A stretch of 43,292 nt of DNA from a candidate division WOR-3 bacterium (lineage in GTDB: Bacteria; Hydrothermota; Tepidihabitantia; Tepidihabitantales; Tepidihabitantaceae): NCBI GenBank assembly GCA_965648905.1, contig CBFGIT010000022.1, positions 1 to 43,292 of the forward strand, written 5' to 3'. This document shows positions 1 through 9,742 of the stretch, in pieces. Under the pieces are notes generated by a model. That model was given only the letters and a program-made list of their open reading frames with translations, did no database searches and was not told the origin of the DNA. Both the position numbers and the translations under genes were made by a program. The number at the start of each line of letters is the position of its first letter. Position 1 is the stretch's first letter.

Positions 1-61
1 TTCACGGCGTAAGTATCCTTTCTGCCGGCCACTGCCGGCGGTTAACGGACATTGACCATGG

Positions 62-89
62 AGCTTACGCCCTCTTTCTTTCCAGTCAA
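62..89 (-). promoter_or_regulatory. sigma70-type promoter for a gene starting at the left window edge
   Basis: TTGACT(89-84)-16 nt-TAAGCT(67-62); downstream AAAGGA, then GTG at 5-3. Confidence 0.5.
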
Positions 90-128
90 AACCACCCGCG
101 AATTTACAGGAAGTATAGGACATCACCG

Positions 129-159
129 AAAAACAGACCGCCCGGCACCGGCCGGGCAG
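129..159 (-). terminator. intrinsic terminator
   Basis: stem CTGCCCGGC-CGGT-GCCGGGCGG followed by TCTGTTTTT on the - strand. Confidence 0.55.
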
Positions 160-238
160 AACGTCAACTACCGCGCCGACCTCGGTCTCGGCGGCAAACC
201 GGCGGCCATTTTCAACATCGACTCCAGCCACCACAGAT

Positions 239-267
239 ATTATACCGCCAAGACCGGCACGAGTCCA
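239..267 (-). promoter_or_regulatory. sigma70-type promoter
   Basis: TGGACT-17 nt-TATAAT. Confidence 0.5.
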
Positions 268-291
268 AAACCGGGCCAGCCATATCGCCGC

Positions 292-361
292 CTTTCGCCA
301 TTCGCCACTCTACACTTTGCCTTCTGCACTCTGTATTCTGCCTTCTAGTGTCTGCCTTCTG
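292..361. repeat. degenerate heptamer tandem repeat (~10 units)
   Basis: ctttcgc cattcgc cactcta cactttg ccttctg cactctg tattctg ccttcta gtgtctg ccttctg. Confidence 0.75.
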
Positions 362-376
362 CCTGTCTCCGTACAC

Positions 377-404
377 TTGATTCTGCCCCGGTCTGGCCTA
401 GAAT
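377..404 (+). promoter_or_regulatory. promoter 7 nt before ATG at 412
   Basis: TTGATT-16-TAGAAT. Confidence 0.5.
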
Positions 405-489
405 AACGCCGATGGCAGTCGAAGACCGACCGGCATGGACGAACAGAAAATGAGTACTGTGTCGCCGAAAGTCCAGGCAGTATAGTGAG

Positions 490-771
490 TTGGAAGCGAC
501 CCAGTTCGAATCCTATGAGTTCAGCGAGAACGAGCTCAATTCCCTGGGGTATCGGCTTATGGCGAAGAAGATGGCCGCAGCAGCACTCGAAATCCTCAAG
601 CTCAACGCCGAGGTCTATCCGCAATCGGCCAATGTCTATGACAGCCTGGGCGAAGCCTACCTAGCGAACGGTGAAGTGGAACTCGCCATCAGGAACTACG
701 AGAAGTCACTTGAGCTCGACCCCAGGAGTTCAAGCGCTGCCCGGCAACTAAGGAAGCTCAGGTCGGAATAG
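490..771 (+). CDS. small TPR protein (possibly a truncated remnant of a larger TPR-tailed protein)
   Basis: ENELNSLGY...YPQSANVYDSLGEAY...AIRNYEKSLELDP TPR pattern; TTG start uncertain, in-frame TGA upstream at 451. Confidence 0.7.
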   Translation: MEATQFESYEFSENELNSLGYRLMAKKMAAAALEILKLNAEVYPQSANVYDSLGEAYLANGEVELAIRNYEKSLELDPRSSSAARQLRKLRSE

Positions 772-772
772 A

Positions 773-1936
773 ATGGGATTAGGGCGGCGCATTCTGGTTC
801 TGGGCACGTCAAAGACCGGCGGGGACTGGCCACCGGTGAGGTGTGTTGCCAAAGGGCTACGCAGCCGGGGATACGACGTCTGTTGCTTTGCCGACTCGCG
901 AATCAGCGCAGCCGGAAACATGCTGGACATTCCGGTCGTTTCCGCCACGGCCGGACGGGACATGACGAGCTTCTCGAGCCGCTACGGCTCCGACCGCGGG
1001 GCCGACGAGAGCGTGATAGAGTATCTCCACCGGAACCCGTTCCTGACAGCGTGGTCGAACGAAGTCCTTCCGGAACTGATGGAACTCACAGAACGGTTTC
1101 AGCCCGAACTGATTGTGAGCCAGTTGTTCTGCATGGAGTTGGCATCAAGGCTGTCCGGTCAGTCGCGGCGGCCATGGTGCCTCGTGAACCCCGGCGTGTA
1201 CTTCGGTCCCGGTGCCCGCGCCGTGGACCTGGACTATGTCGGGCTGGACCGGACCTACTTCTTTCCGCTCTTCGCGTCTCTGGTTGAGACCGCCTCACTG
1301 GTGCTGCACGGGACTGACCCGGTCTTCGACCCGCCGCCGGCAGCTCTCCCACCGCACCACCGGTATGTCGGGCCACTACTCGACGACACTGCGGCGCCTT
1401 GCCCTCTCTTTCTTGCAGAGCCCGGGCCTTCGTGGGTGCTGGTGACCTTGAGTACCTACCCGCAGCGGGGCGAGACGACGCTGGCGCGGTCGGCGCTTCA
1501 CGCTCTGGCCGGGCACCCAGTCCGCGTGCTCCTTACAGTTTCCGAAGGGCACTCTCGGGACGAGCTTGGCCCGATTCCTGAGAATGCCCGGGTTGAGTTG
1601 TTCGTACCGCATTCCGAGGTATTGCGGCGCGCATGTCTCTCGGTCAGCCACGCCGGTCATGGTATCGTGGCTCGCTCGCTTTACCACGGCGTCCCAATGG
1701 TTCTCGTGCCTTGGACTAGTGACCAGCCGGGAGTGGCTTACCGCGCGGCGAAAGTCGGCGCGGCCGAGGTCGTGACGAAAGAAGAGCTGACCGACGAGCG
1801 ACTCGCCGAGGCCGTCACAAAGGTACTGACGAACCGGAGCTACGGTCTGAGTGCAGCCGAGTTTGCACGACGGCTCCAGTCCGAGGATTCGGTCGGTGCG
1901 GCCTGCGATTTCATCGAGCAGTTGCTCGACAGGTGA
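773..1936 (+). CDS. GT1 (UDP-glycosyltransferase / MGT-like) glycosyltransferase
   Basis: N-terminal GDWPP...LRSRGYDV; C-terminal FVPHSEVL...HAGHG...GVPMVLVPWTSDQ sugar-nucleotide-binding motif. Confidence 0.85.
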   Translation: MGLGRRILVLGTSKTGGDWPPVRCVAKGLRSRGYDVCCFADSRISAAGNMLDIPVVSATAGRDMTSFSSRYGSDRGADESVIEYLHRNPFLTAWSNEVLPELMELTERFQPELIVSQLFCMELASRLSGQSRRPWCLVNPGVYFGPGARAVDLDYVGLDRTYFFPLFASLVETASLVLHGTDPVFDPPPAALPPHHRYVGPLLDDTAAPCPLFLAEPGPSWVLVTLSTYPQRGETTLARSALHALAGHPVRVLLTVSEGHSRDELGPIPENARVELFVPHSEVLRRACLSVSHAGHGIVARSLYHGVPMVLVPWTSDQPGVAYRAAKVGAAEVVTKEELTDERLAEAVTKVLTNRSYGLSAAEFARRLQSEDSVGAACDFIEQLLDR

Positions 1937-2093
1937 CACGGGCCGTACTCGACCCCGTCGGCGCGTCACGAGGAAACGGACGCGACTGTGACGAAATTCC
2001 GACGACACATGCCAAGATCATTGACACCAGTCGCGTAAGTGCTGACGGACCGGAAACCAACAAGTATGCCGCTCGCCTTGCACCAGCCATGGT

Positions 2094-2156
2094 CCGCTGA
2101 CCGCTCACCACCAACCGCTGGTCTGCATTCCGAGTTCAGCTCTCTGTTCTCGCCTC
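2094..2156. repeat. degenerate heptamer tandem repeat
   Basis: ccgctga ccgctca ccaccaa ccgctgg tctgcat tccgagt tcagctc tctgttc tcgcctc. Confidence 0.5.
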
Positions 2157-2177
2157 ATCCGAGGCTCAACGCCCTGC

Positions 2178-2205
2178 TTGACATATTGTCCACCATATCT
2201 AGTCT
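2178..2205 (+). promoter_or_regulatory. promoter of a probable leaderless transcript
   Basis: TTGACA-16-TAGTCT, ATG 6 nt downstream, no SD. Confidence 0.65.
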
Positions 2206-2211
2206 TGGCTG

Positions 2212-2844
2212 ATGCGTCCCTCTGCGGCTCTTGCCGTTCTTGTTCTACTGGCAGCCTGTGAGCAGCCTGAGCCGGCCGACTACTTTCCGCTTGCGCCCGG
2301 CGCTCAGCGGGTGATGCGCGTCTACACCCGGCTGGTTACCGGACGCGACACGAGCGAAACCACGCTGACCAGACTCGTCGAGCTGGTGCACGGCGAACGC
2401 GAGCTACCTCAACTGGGCCGGGTCTGGGTCGTGGAAGCGCCGCGCGACTCAGGCCGCTCGACGTTCACCTTTTTCCGCAAACGTGACGATGGTATCATCC
2501 AGGTGCTGCCGGTGTCGGACCGGCAACCGGTAGAGATGCTCTACCTCGCCCTGCCGCTTTCGCGCGGCCTGAAGTGGTACGACTCGCGCGACCGGCGCGA
2601 GGTGATGGAGGTCACGGCCCGCGACACTGTCCGGGTCGAGGCCGGCACCTTCCCGGACTGCTACGAAGTAAAGGCCCGCAGCACCAGGCAGGACTGGACC
2701 TTACGGCAGTGGCTCGCCCCGGACGTCGGGCCGGTGAAATGGGAAAACCGCTCGGCCTGGACCGACCGGGAAGGGGTTCGGCACGAGATCTACCGCCGGG
2801 CCGAGCTGGTCGAGTACCGTACGCCTGAGCCACCCACCGAGTAG
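2212..2844 (+). CDS. hypothetical lipoprotein
   Basis: lipobox LLAAC; DYFPL...VEAGTFPDCY...WLAPDVGPVK beta-rich pattern. Confidence 0.75.
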   Translation: MRPSAALAVLVLLAACEQPEPADYFPLAPGAQRVMRVYTRLVTGRDTSETTLTRLVELVHGERELPQLGRVWVVEAPRDSGRSTFTFFRKRDDGIIQVLPVSDRQPVEMLYLALPLSRGLKWYDSRDRREVMEVTARDTVRVEAGTFPDCYEVKARSTRQDWTLRQWLAPDVGPVKWENRSAWTDREGVRHEIYRRAELVEYRTPEPPTE

Positions 2845-2851
2845 ACCGCCT

Positions 2852-4516
2852 GTGCCCAGGCTCCGCCCCGGAGAAACGCGCCGTGTGCTCGCGGTACTGG
2901 CCGTAACGCTGGCCGCGCTCGGTGTCTATCTGCCGACGACCCGCTTCGGGCTGGTCTGGGACGACCTTGACGTCGCTCTGAACAGTTCGGCTAACCCGGC
3001 CCGGGCATTCTCGTCGAGCTTCTGGTCCAACCCGGCCGTCCTTTCCGGCCGCGACGTCTACTATCGTCCGCTCGTCAATCTCAGTCTCGGTGTCGACCGT
3101 CTCGTCGGCCAGGGTCGGGCTGGCTGGTTCCACTTCATTAATGGGCTGCTGCACGCCGTGGTTGCCGCGCTCTTCGCTCTCGTGCTGCTGCGGTTGTCAG
3201 GCTCGGTCCGGCTCACACTCGCCGGCGGCCTGCTGTATGGTCTTCACCCGATCTCGGCCGATTCGGTCGCCTACGTGAGCGGTCGAACCGACGTACTGGC
3301 CGGACTCGGCCTGATTCTCGCGCTGCTCGGGCTGCTCAACTGGACCGACCGCCCGGGCCGACGCCCTGCTCTCCTTATCCTGGCCGGGTTTGCGTTCGCG
3401 GTCTTTGCCAAAGAGATTGCTCTACCGTTTGTCCTGCTGGCCGCGATCTGGCTGTTTGCGGCCCGGCGGTTGCGGCCGAGCCGCGCTGACCTCGTGGTCC
3501 TTGCCGGACTGGCTCTCATTCTTGCCGGCTACCTGCTGGCCCGATACCTGGTGCTCGGCACCTTTCTCGGTCTGACCCCACCGGACCGGCCGCTGTCGGC
3601 TGTCCTGCTGTCGGCAAACAGCTTCGGCCGTTCCATCATGCTGTTCGCCGTGCCGTTTCTTCGGCCGGTGTTCGCCTGGGACGGCCCGGCCCTGGCCAAG
3701 CCCACACTCTTCCTTGCCGTCACTGCCGGCTACTGCCTGATTCCTCTGTCACTCCGGCGTGTCGGCTGTCGGCGCGAATTGTTCCTCGCCTGGCTCTGGG
3801 GGCTCCTGTTCCTCTTGCCGTTTGCCGGGCTCTTCGGGTTCGGACCACTTGGCCGGCTGCTGTATGTATCGGGCGTCGGGTTTGCGGTCATGCTCGCGCT
3901 CGTCGGCAGGAATTTGGCCCGATTGCGACCCGGGCTCAGACCTGCCTTTCTCGCCACGGCACTGGCGGTGTCGGTGGCGTTCGTACCCGCCACCATCGTC
4001 CGAAGCCGGGTCTGGCAGGACGAACACACGCTGTTCCGGCGCATGACCGAGGAAGCGCCGCTTAACCCAACCGGCCATTTCAACCTGGCCATGGAGCTGC
4101 GCCGCCAGGGTAAGACCGCAGCAGCCGAAGCCGCGTTTCGAACCGTTATCGCGCTCGACACAACCTGCTACCGGGCATACTCAAACCTGGCTGCCCTGGT
4201 TCAGGCCCGGGGCAACCTCGATTCTGCGGCCGCACTCTACTACCGGACCATCAAACTCCAACCCGACTATGCGCTGGCACATAACAATCTGGGGATTGTG
4301 TTGTATCTGAAAGGCGACCACGCCCCTGCCCGGGCCCTGCTGCGCCGGGCGATTGAGCTCGACCCCCATGATGCCGGCGCTGCGTTCAACCTGTCACGGA
4401 TTTACCTCCGGCTCGGCCAGCAGGATTCAGCCCGGTTCTACGTCGAGCAGGCGTTCAGGCTTCAGCCGGAGAACCCGCAGATTCGCGCTGCGCGCGAGCA
4501 GATGTCCGAGCCCTAG
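2852..4516 (+). CDS. TMTC-like GT-C membrane glycosyltransferase with C-terminal TPR repeats
   Basis: WDD and YYRPL in the first loop, HP..ADSVAYVSGRTD, KE motif, many TM helices, ~4 TPRs. Confidence 0.8.
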   Translation: MPRLRPGETRRVLAVLAVTLAALGVYLPTTRFGLVWDDLDVALNSSANPARAFSSSFWSNPAVLSGRDVYYRPLVNLSLGVDRLVGQGRAGWFHFINGLLHAVVAALFALVLLRLSGSVRLTLAGGLLYGLHPISADSVAYVSGRTDVLAGLGLILALLGLLNWTDRPGRRPALLILAGFAFAVFAKEIALPFVLLAAIWLFAARRLRPSRADLVVLAGLALILAGYLLARYLVLGTFLGLTPPDRPLSAVLLSANSFGRSIMLFAVPFLRPVFAWDGPALAKPTLFLAVTAGYCLIPLSLRRVGCRRELFLAWLWGLLFLLPFAGLFGFGPLGRLLYVSGVGFAVMLALVGRNLARLRPGLRPAFLATALAVSVAFVPATIVRSRVWQDEHTLFRRMTEEAPLNPTGHFNLAMELRRQGKTAAAEAAFRTVIALDTTCYRAYSNLAALVQARGNLDSAAALYYRTIKLQPDYALAHNNLGIVLYLKGDHAPARALLRRAIELDPHDAGAAFNLSRIYLRLGQQDSARFYVEQAFRLQPENPQIRAAREQMSEP

Positions 4517-4603
4517 GCCGAGGCAACGGGCAAAGTCAGAATCAGGAACGCCCGGGCTTCTGTCGCCGCTGCCTTCATCGTGGCCCAAGTCGAACTACGG
4601 ACA

Positions 4604-4894
4604 CTACTGGCCGGTCCCCGGCCCGCCCGCACCAGATTCAGGCTCAAACAGGTACCGGGCAAGCCGCCGCGCCGAGTCCGGGTCGGCAAGCCAGCGTCGC
4701 TCGCGCTCCTTCTGCTCAATGCGCCCCTTCAGGACGGCAATCTCATGCTGCAGCCGGTAGCAGCGAGTCCGCCGAATGAGAATCGACACCAGACCGTTAG
4801 GCCCGGAGAGAAACGCGTAGAGGATAACAACCGTCCCCACCAGCACCAGCAGCCGCATCGGCCGACGCGGACGAACGGTCTGGCCTTGACTCAT
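4604..4894 (-). CDS. ftsB: septum formation initiator FtsB/DivIC family
   Basis: single TM, GPNGL, coiled coil, ARRLAR; overlaps the eno stop (conserved eno-ftsB synteny). Confidence 0.75.
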   Translation of the reverse strand: MSQGQTVRPRRPMRLLVLVGTVVILYAFLSGPNGLVSILIRRTRCYRLQHEIAVLKGRIEQKERERRWLADPDSARRLARYLFEPESGAGGPGTGQ

Positions 4895-6168
4895 CGCCGA
4901 AAAGGAGCAAACCCGGCGAAGGCGAGGGTATCCTCGTCTTCAATCCGGATAAGCCGGTTGTACTTGGCAATCCGCTCAGCCCGGCACGGCGCTCCGGTCT
5001 TTATCTGACCGGAGTTGACCGCAACCGCCAGGTCAGCAATGAAGTGGTCGGTGGTCTCGCCGGACCGGTGCGAGATGACCGTGCGATAGCCGTGGTCATT
5101 AGCCAGTCGGACGCAGTCCAGGGTCTGACTGATAGTCCCGACCTGGTTCGGCTTGATGAGCACGGCGTTGGCGACGTTCTCGGCAATTCCCTGCTTCAGC
5201 CGCTCCACTGCCGTCACAAAGATGTCGTCGCCGACGAGTTGGACACGCTGGCCCAGACGCTGGGTCATCAACCGCCACCCATCCCAATCATCTTCGGCCA
5301 AGCCGTCCTCGATTGAGACAATCGGGTACTTGCCGAGCCACTGCTCGTAGAGGTCAATCAGGTCTGCGGCACTGACCGTCCGGGGTTTGTGGTTCTTCAT
5401 GTGATAGATACCGTCCCGGAAGAACTCAGAAGGCGCGACGTCGAGCCCGATGGCAATCTGCTCGCCCGGCCGGTACCCGGCCTTCTCAATCGCCTGAAGA
5501 ACCAGTTGCAGTGGTTCCTCGTTGTCCTTGAAGTTCGGCGCAAATCCGCCTTCGTCCCCGACCGCGGTTGAGCGACCCGAGTCCTTGAGCAAGATGCGGA
5601 GATGCTGATAGGTCTCGCAGGCCGCGCGCAGGGCCGCGCGAAAAGTGTTGAAGCCGGCCGGAATCAGCAGGTATTCCTGCACGTCGAGGTTGTTGGAAGC
5701 GTGGGCGCCGCCGTTGACGACATTGAGCTGAGGCGTCGGCAGCAGCTTGGTACCGACCCCGCCGAGCAAACGATAGATGCAGATTCCGGCGGCGATTGAC
5801 GCCGCCCGACACACGGCCAGCGAAGCACCGAGAATCGCGTTGGCACCGAGCCTCGACTTGTTCGGCGTGCCGTCCAGCTCAATCAGCACCTCGTCAATCC
5901 GAGTCAGGTCGGTGACGCGCATGCCCGCGAGCCGGTCGCGGATCGGGCCGTTGACATTGGCCACCGCCCTAAGCACACCCCGGCCCAGATAGCGGGACGG
6001 GTCTTCATCGCGCAGTTCCAGGGCCTCGAACTGGCCGGTCGATGCGCCGGACGGAACCGAAGCGCGGCCCATCGTTCCGTCGTCAAGGATGCAATCAACT
6101 TCCAGTGTCGGCATGCCCCGGGAATCGAGGATTTCCCGGGCAATCAGGTTCTCGATAATCGAAGGCAT
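4891..6168 (-). CDS. eno: enolase
   Basis: REILDSRG, VPSGASTG, GDEGGFAP, SHRSGET, GQIKTG. Confidence 0.98.
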   Translation of the reverse strand: MPSIIENLIAREILDSRGMPTLEVDCILDDGTMGRASVPSGASTGQFEALELRDEDPSRYLGRGVLRAVANVNGPIRDRLAGMRVTDLTRIDEVLIELDGTPNKSRLGANAILGASLAVCRAASIAAGICIYRLLGGVGTKLLPTPQLNVVNGGAHASNNLDVQEYLLIPAGFNTFRAALRAACETYQHLRILLKDSGRSTAVGDEGGFAPNFKDNEEPLQLVLQAIEKAGYRPGEQIAIGLDVAPSEFFRDGIYHMKNHKPRTVSAADLIDLYEQWLGKYPIVSIEDGLAEDDWDGWRLMTQRLGQRVQLVGDDIFVTAVERLKQGIAENVANAVLIKPNQVGTISQTLDCVRLANDHGYRTVISHRSGETTDHFIADLAVAVNSGQIKTGAPCRAERIAKYNRLIRIEDEDTLAFAGFAPFRR

Positions 6169-6171
6169 CGG

Positions 6172-7449
6172 CTACTCCCCTGCCAGTTCGGCGTACTCAG
6201 CCCGGCGCTCGGCATAGAGCGGAAAAGCGCTGACCAGCTCCCCGACCGCTGCTTTGACCTTCTCGGTCTTGACCTCGTCATCCCGCCCGGCAATCGCCTG
6301 GTCGATAAGCTCGGCAATGCGCCTCATCTCCGGTTCCTTCATCCCGCGCGTTGTCAAGGCCGGTGTGCCCAGCCTGATGCCCGAGGCGACAAAAGGCTTC
6401 TCCGGGTCATAGGGAATGGTGTTGCGGTTGACCGTTATCCGCACCCGGCCGAGCACCCGTTCGGCATCACGACCGGTAATCTGCTTCGGCCTCAGGTCAA
6501 CCATCATCAGGTGGTTATCAGTTCCGCCCGACACGATACGGAACCCGCGCTCGGCCAGTGCTGCGGCCAGAGCCCGGGAGTTGGCCACGGTCTGACGCTG
6601 GTAAGCCTTGAACTCCTCGGACATGGCCTCCTTGAACGCAACCGCCTTGGCTGCGATGCAGTGTTCGAGCGGCCCGCCCTGAGTACCCGGGAAGACGGTC
6701 CGGTCCAGCTCTTCCGCGTACTTGGCCTTGCACATCACAATCGCCCCGCGCGGGCCGCGCAGGGTCTTGTGCGTTGTCGTCGTAACGATATCGGCCACCG
6801 GCACCGGCGAAGGGTGCAGACCGGCAACCACCAGTCCGGCGATGTGAGCGATGTCGGCCAGTTGCGCTGCGCCGACTTCGTCGGCGATCTCCTGGAACTT
6901 CCCGAAGTCAATTGTCCGGGGATAGGCCGATGCGCCCGAGACAATGACCCTGGGTCTGTGCTCCAGGGTCAGGCGGCGGATGGCGTCGTAGTCGAACATC
7001 TCGGTCTTCGGGTCGACAACGTACTGCACCACCTTGAAATACCGGCCCGAGAAGTTGATCGGGTGGCCGTGCGACAGGTGCCCGCCGTGGGAAAGGTTCA
7101 GACCGAGGATCGTGTCCCCGGGTTTAGCAAGGGTCAGATAGGCAGCGATGTTCGCCGACGTGCCCGAATGAGGCTGGACATTGGCATGGTCGCAGCCGAA
7201 CAGCGCCCGGGCTCGGTCCCGGGCCAGATTCTCAACCACGTCCACCCACTTGCAGCCGCCGTAGTAGCGCTTGCCCGGATAGCCCTCGGCATACTTGTTC
7301 GTGAGCACCGAGCCGAGCGCGGCCAGCACCGCTTCCGAGCAGAAGTTCTCCGAAGCGATCAGTTCCAGGTTGTTGTGCTGACGGTTCGTTTCCTTCAGCA
7401 CGGCATCAAACACCTCAGGGTCGGCGAGTTTCAGCGGGTCTGGCTTCAT
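6172..7449 (-). CDS. glyA: serine hydroxymethyltransferase
   Basis: [36 protein letters not shown] lysine; SD AAGGAG. Confidence 0.98.
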   Translation of the reverse strand: MKPDPLKLADPEVFDAVLKETNRQHNNLELIASENFCSEAVLAALGSVLTNKYAEGYPGKRYYGGCKWVDVVENLARDRARALFGCDHANVQPHSGTSANIAAYLTLAKPGDTILGLNLSHGGHLSHGHPINFSGRYFKVVQYVVDPKTEMFDYDAIRRLTLEHRPRVIVSGASAYPRTIDFGKFQEIADEVGAAQLADIAHIAGLVVAGLHPSPVPVADIVTTTTHKTLRGPRGAIVMCKAKYAEELDRTVFPGTQGGPLEHCIAAKAVAFKEAMSEEFKAYQRQTVANSRALAAALAERGFRIVSGGTDNHLMMVDLRPKQITGRDAERVLGRVRITVNRNTIPYDPEKPFVASGIRLGTPALTTRGMKEPEMRRIAELIDQAIAGRDDEVKTEKVKAAVGELVSAFPLYAERRAEYAELAGE

Positions 7450-7479
7450 GCGGTTTGCTCCTTGGGTCTGCTAGACTCA

Positions 7480-7553
7480 AAGCTAGCTTGATACCGGCCA
7501 AAGTCAAGACCGACGTCAGCGAACGTTGACCCGGACTACGGTTTGACTAGACT
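7480..7553. promoter_or_regulatory. divergent promoters glyA (-) / mazG (+)
   Basis: -: TTGACT(7507-7502)-16-TAGCTT; +: TTGACC(7526)-16-TAGACT(7548-7553), 5 nt before GTG. Confidence 0.6.
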
Positions 7554-7558
7554 CGGGC

Positions 7559-8338
7559 GTGTTTGCCGAACTGCTGAAAGTCGTCCGTACCCTCAGACGC
7601 CGCTGCCCGTGGGACCGGAAGCAAACCGCGGCCACGACCCGGCCGCTGATCCTAAACGAAGCCTTTGAGCTTGATGACGCGCTGCGCCTCGGCGACCGTG
7701 AGGCGATCACCGAAGAACTTGGTGACTACCTGTTCATGGGCCTGTTCCTCGCCGACGTGCTCGCCCGCGAGAAGGGCGTGAAGCTCGACCGTGCCCTGGC
7801 CCGGGTTGTCGAGAAGCTGAAACTGAGACACCCGCATGTCTACGGCCGAACCCATGTCCGCGGCGCGGCCGACGTCATCCGCAACTGGGACCGAATCAAG
7901 CGCCGGGAGAAATCCGGCTCAATTCTCGCAAGCATTCCACGGGCCCTGCCCGCACTACAGCAGGCTCAACTGATTCAGGAGCGCTGCCGCCGCGTCGGCT
8001 TCGACTGGGAAGACCCGACTCAGGTGCTCGACAAGGTTACCGAGGAAATCGGCGAGCTGAAGCGCGAGCTGACCCGTCCGGGCCACAATCGAACGCGCGT
8101 CAGAGAGGAACTCGGCGACCTGCTCTTTGCTCTGGTCAACCTCGGCCGACACCTGAACCTCGACGTCGAGGCCACGCTCAAAGACGCCAACCGCAAGTTC
8201 TGCCGCCGGTTCGCCCTGGTCGAGCGCCGGTTCCGAGCTCAGAACCGGGACTTAGAGACTGTCCCGCTGCCCGAGATGGAAGAAGTCTGGCAACAGGCCA
8301 AGCAGGCCCGGCGCCGTACTACTCGTCGTCGAGCGTGA
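7559..8338 (+). CDS. mazG: nucleoside triphosphate pyrophosphohydrolase MazG
   Basis: CPWDRKQT, EELGD twice, RHPHV, GFDW. Confidence 0.93.
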   Translation: MFAELLKVVRTLRRRCPWDRKQTAATTRPLILNEAFELDDALRLGDREAITEELGDYLFMGLFLADVLAREKGVKLDRALARVVEKLKLRHPHVYGRTHVRGAADVIRNWDRIKRREKSGSILASIPRALPALQQAQLIQERCRRVGFDWEDPTQVLDKVTEEIGELKRELTRPGHNRTRVREELGDLLFALVNLGRHLNLDVEATLKDANRKFCRRFALVERRFRAQNRDLETVPLPEMEEVWQQAKQARRRTTRRRA

Positions 8339-8525
8339 TGTCCGGATTGTCCTGTTCCTCCCTCCAGTCATCGCCTTCGGTCTCTGGTTCGTCGTATGTG
8401 CGCGCACAGTCCTCGCTGCCGCACAATGGGCACTCGACTTCCATCCGTTCGTCGAGCTCGCTCTCAACGCCGAACACCTCAAAGGTGTGGCCGCACTCCA
8501 TGCAGGTATACTCACAACTGGCCAT
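8319..8525 (-). CDS. FmdB-family zinc-ribbon protein (68 aa)
   Basis: YTCMECGHTFE...CPLCGS, acidic tail; GGAG upstream. Confidence 0.8.
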   Translation of the reverse strand: MASCEYTCMECGHTFEVFGVESELDERMEVECPLCGSEDCARTYDEPETEGDDWREEQDNPDITLDDE

Positions 8526-8605
8526 GGAAAGATGACTCCATTTGCATTCTTTATTAGTGCAACCCGGGCCGCTTGTCAAGCAAATCCCAAACCCGGAGCC
8601 CGGTA

Positions 8606-9742
8606 ATGGATGACCATTCTGCTTCCGCCCAGTCACAACCCGGCTCACGCCGGCTGCGCCTGGTCATGCTGCTTGCGGTGTACGCTCTGGCGGCCAGCTT
8701 CGCCCTCTCGGAGTTTGTCCGATTCCCGGGATTGAACAATGTCCCGGCAGAGGTCTTCGGCCCGACGTTCTTCGGCGACATGATCTACAGCCGGGCACCG
8801 CGTCCGTACGTCACGCGCGTCCTCGTCCCGCTGCTCGTGCGGGCAGTCGTAGCATTGACCCCGACCGAGGCCGCAGAGACCGAAGCCGACGCCATCCGCC
8901 AGCGACTGGTCAAAGACGGCAAACCCGAATGGCTGGACCGGTATCCGTTTGAGTTCGGAGTAACCCGGGTCGTGCTGTTCCTGTTCCTGCTCGGCTTCGC
9001 GTTTGCGCTGCGCCAGTTGGCCCGGCAGACTCTGGGTTGGAACGGACTCCAGCTCGACCTTGTGCCGGTCGCCGCCTTGTTCGCCCTGCCCGGCACATAC
9101 GGCTACACGAGCCATCTCTGTGACTTCGCCACCCTGTGCCTCTTCACGCTCGGACTCCTGTTCATCGCCCAGCGCCGCTTCTGGCTGTTCTTCGCCGTGT
9201 TTCTGCTGGCGACAGCAAACAAAGAGACTTCGATTCTTCTGACTCTGGTCTGGACGATTGACGCTCTCCGACGGCAGAGAACAAACCCGATACTGCCGCG
9301 CATCGTGCTTCAGGTCGGGGTTTGGCTGGCAATACGCGGCCTGCTCGCGCTGGTGTTTCGGAACCATCCTGGGCCGCTGCTCTTTTTCTACCTGACGCGC
9401 AATCTCGGTGTACTCGGACGCGGGCCCAACTACTTCATGTTCCGTACCATCGGCAACTGGCTCGTTGTCCCGGTCGGGCTCAACTTTGTCTACCTGGCCG
9501 CCTTCATCTGGGCCATTGCCGAACTGCGAAGAATGCCCCGGTTCCTCCAGGGTGCCTTCTGGATTGTGCTGCCGATGGCGGTGTTTGCGCTGCTCTTCGG
9601 CAACATCGACGAGTTGAGGATATACTACGAGTTCTATCCGGTCATCATCCTTGTGCTCCTGGCCGGAGCCGCAACCGTACTCGGCTACAACACACTCTCA
9701 CCCCGGACGAGCACGCCGGACCAGCAGTTGCCGCAGCCATGA
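8606..9742 (+). CDS. polytopic membrane protein, GT-C-like
   Basis: multiple TM segments, PYVTRVLVP loop, ANKET motif. Confidence 0.7.
   Translation: MDDHSASAQSQPGSRRLRLVMLLAVYALAASFALSEFVRFPGLNNVPAEVFGPTFFGDMIYSRAPRPYVTRVLVPLLVRAVVALTPTEAAETEADAIRQRLVKDGKPEWLDRYPFEFGVTRVVLFLFLLGFAFALRQLARQTLGWNGLQLDLVPVAALFALPGTYGYTSHLCDFATLCLFTLGLLFIAQRRFWLFFAVFLLATANKETSILLTLVWTIDALRRQRTNPILPRIVLQVGVWLAIRGLLALVFRNHPGPLLFFYLTRNLGVLGRGPNYFMFRTIGNWLVVPVGLNFVYLAAFIWAIAELRRMPRFLQGAFWIVLPMAVFALLFGNIDELRIYYEFYPVIILVLLAGAATVLGYNTLSPRTSTPDQQLPQP

Noticed and set aside
495..520. tRNA T-arm-like GTTCGAATCC (also GGTTCGACCCC near 17206)
   Set aside because: inside coding sequence; no cloverleaf
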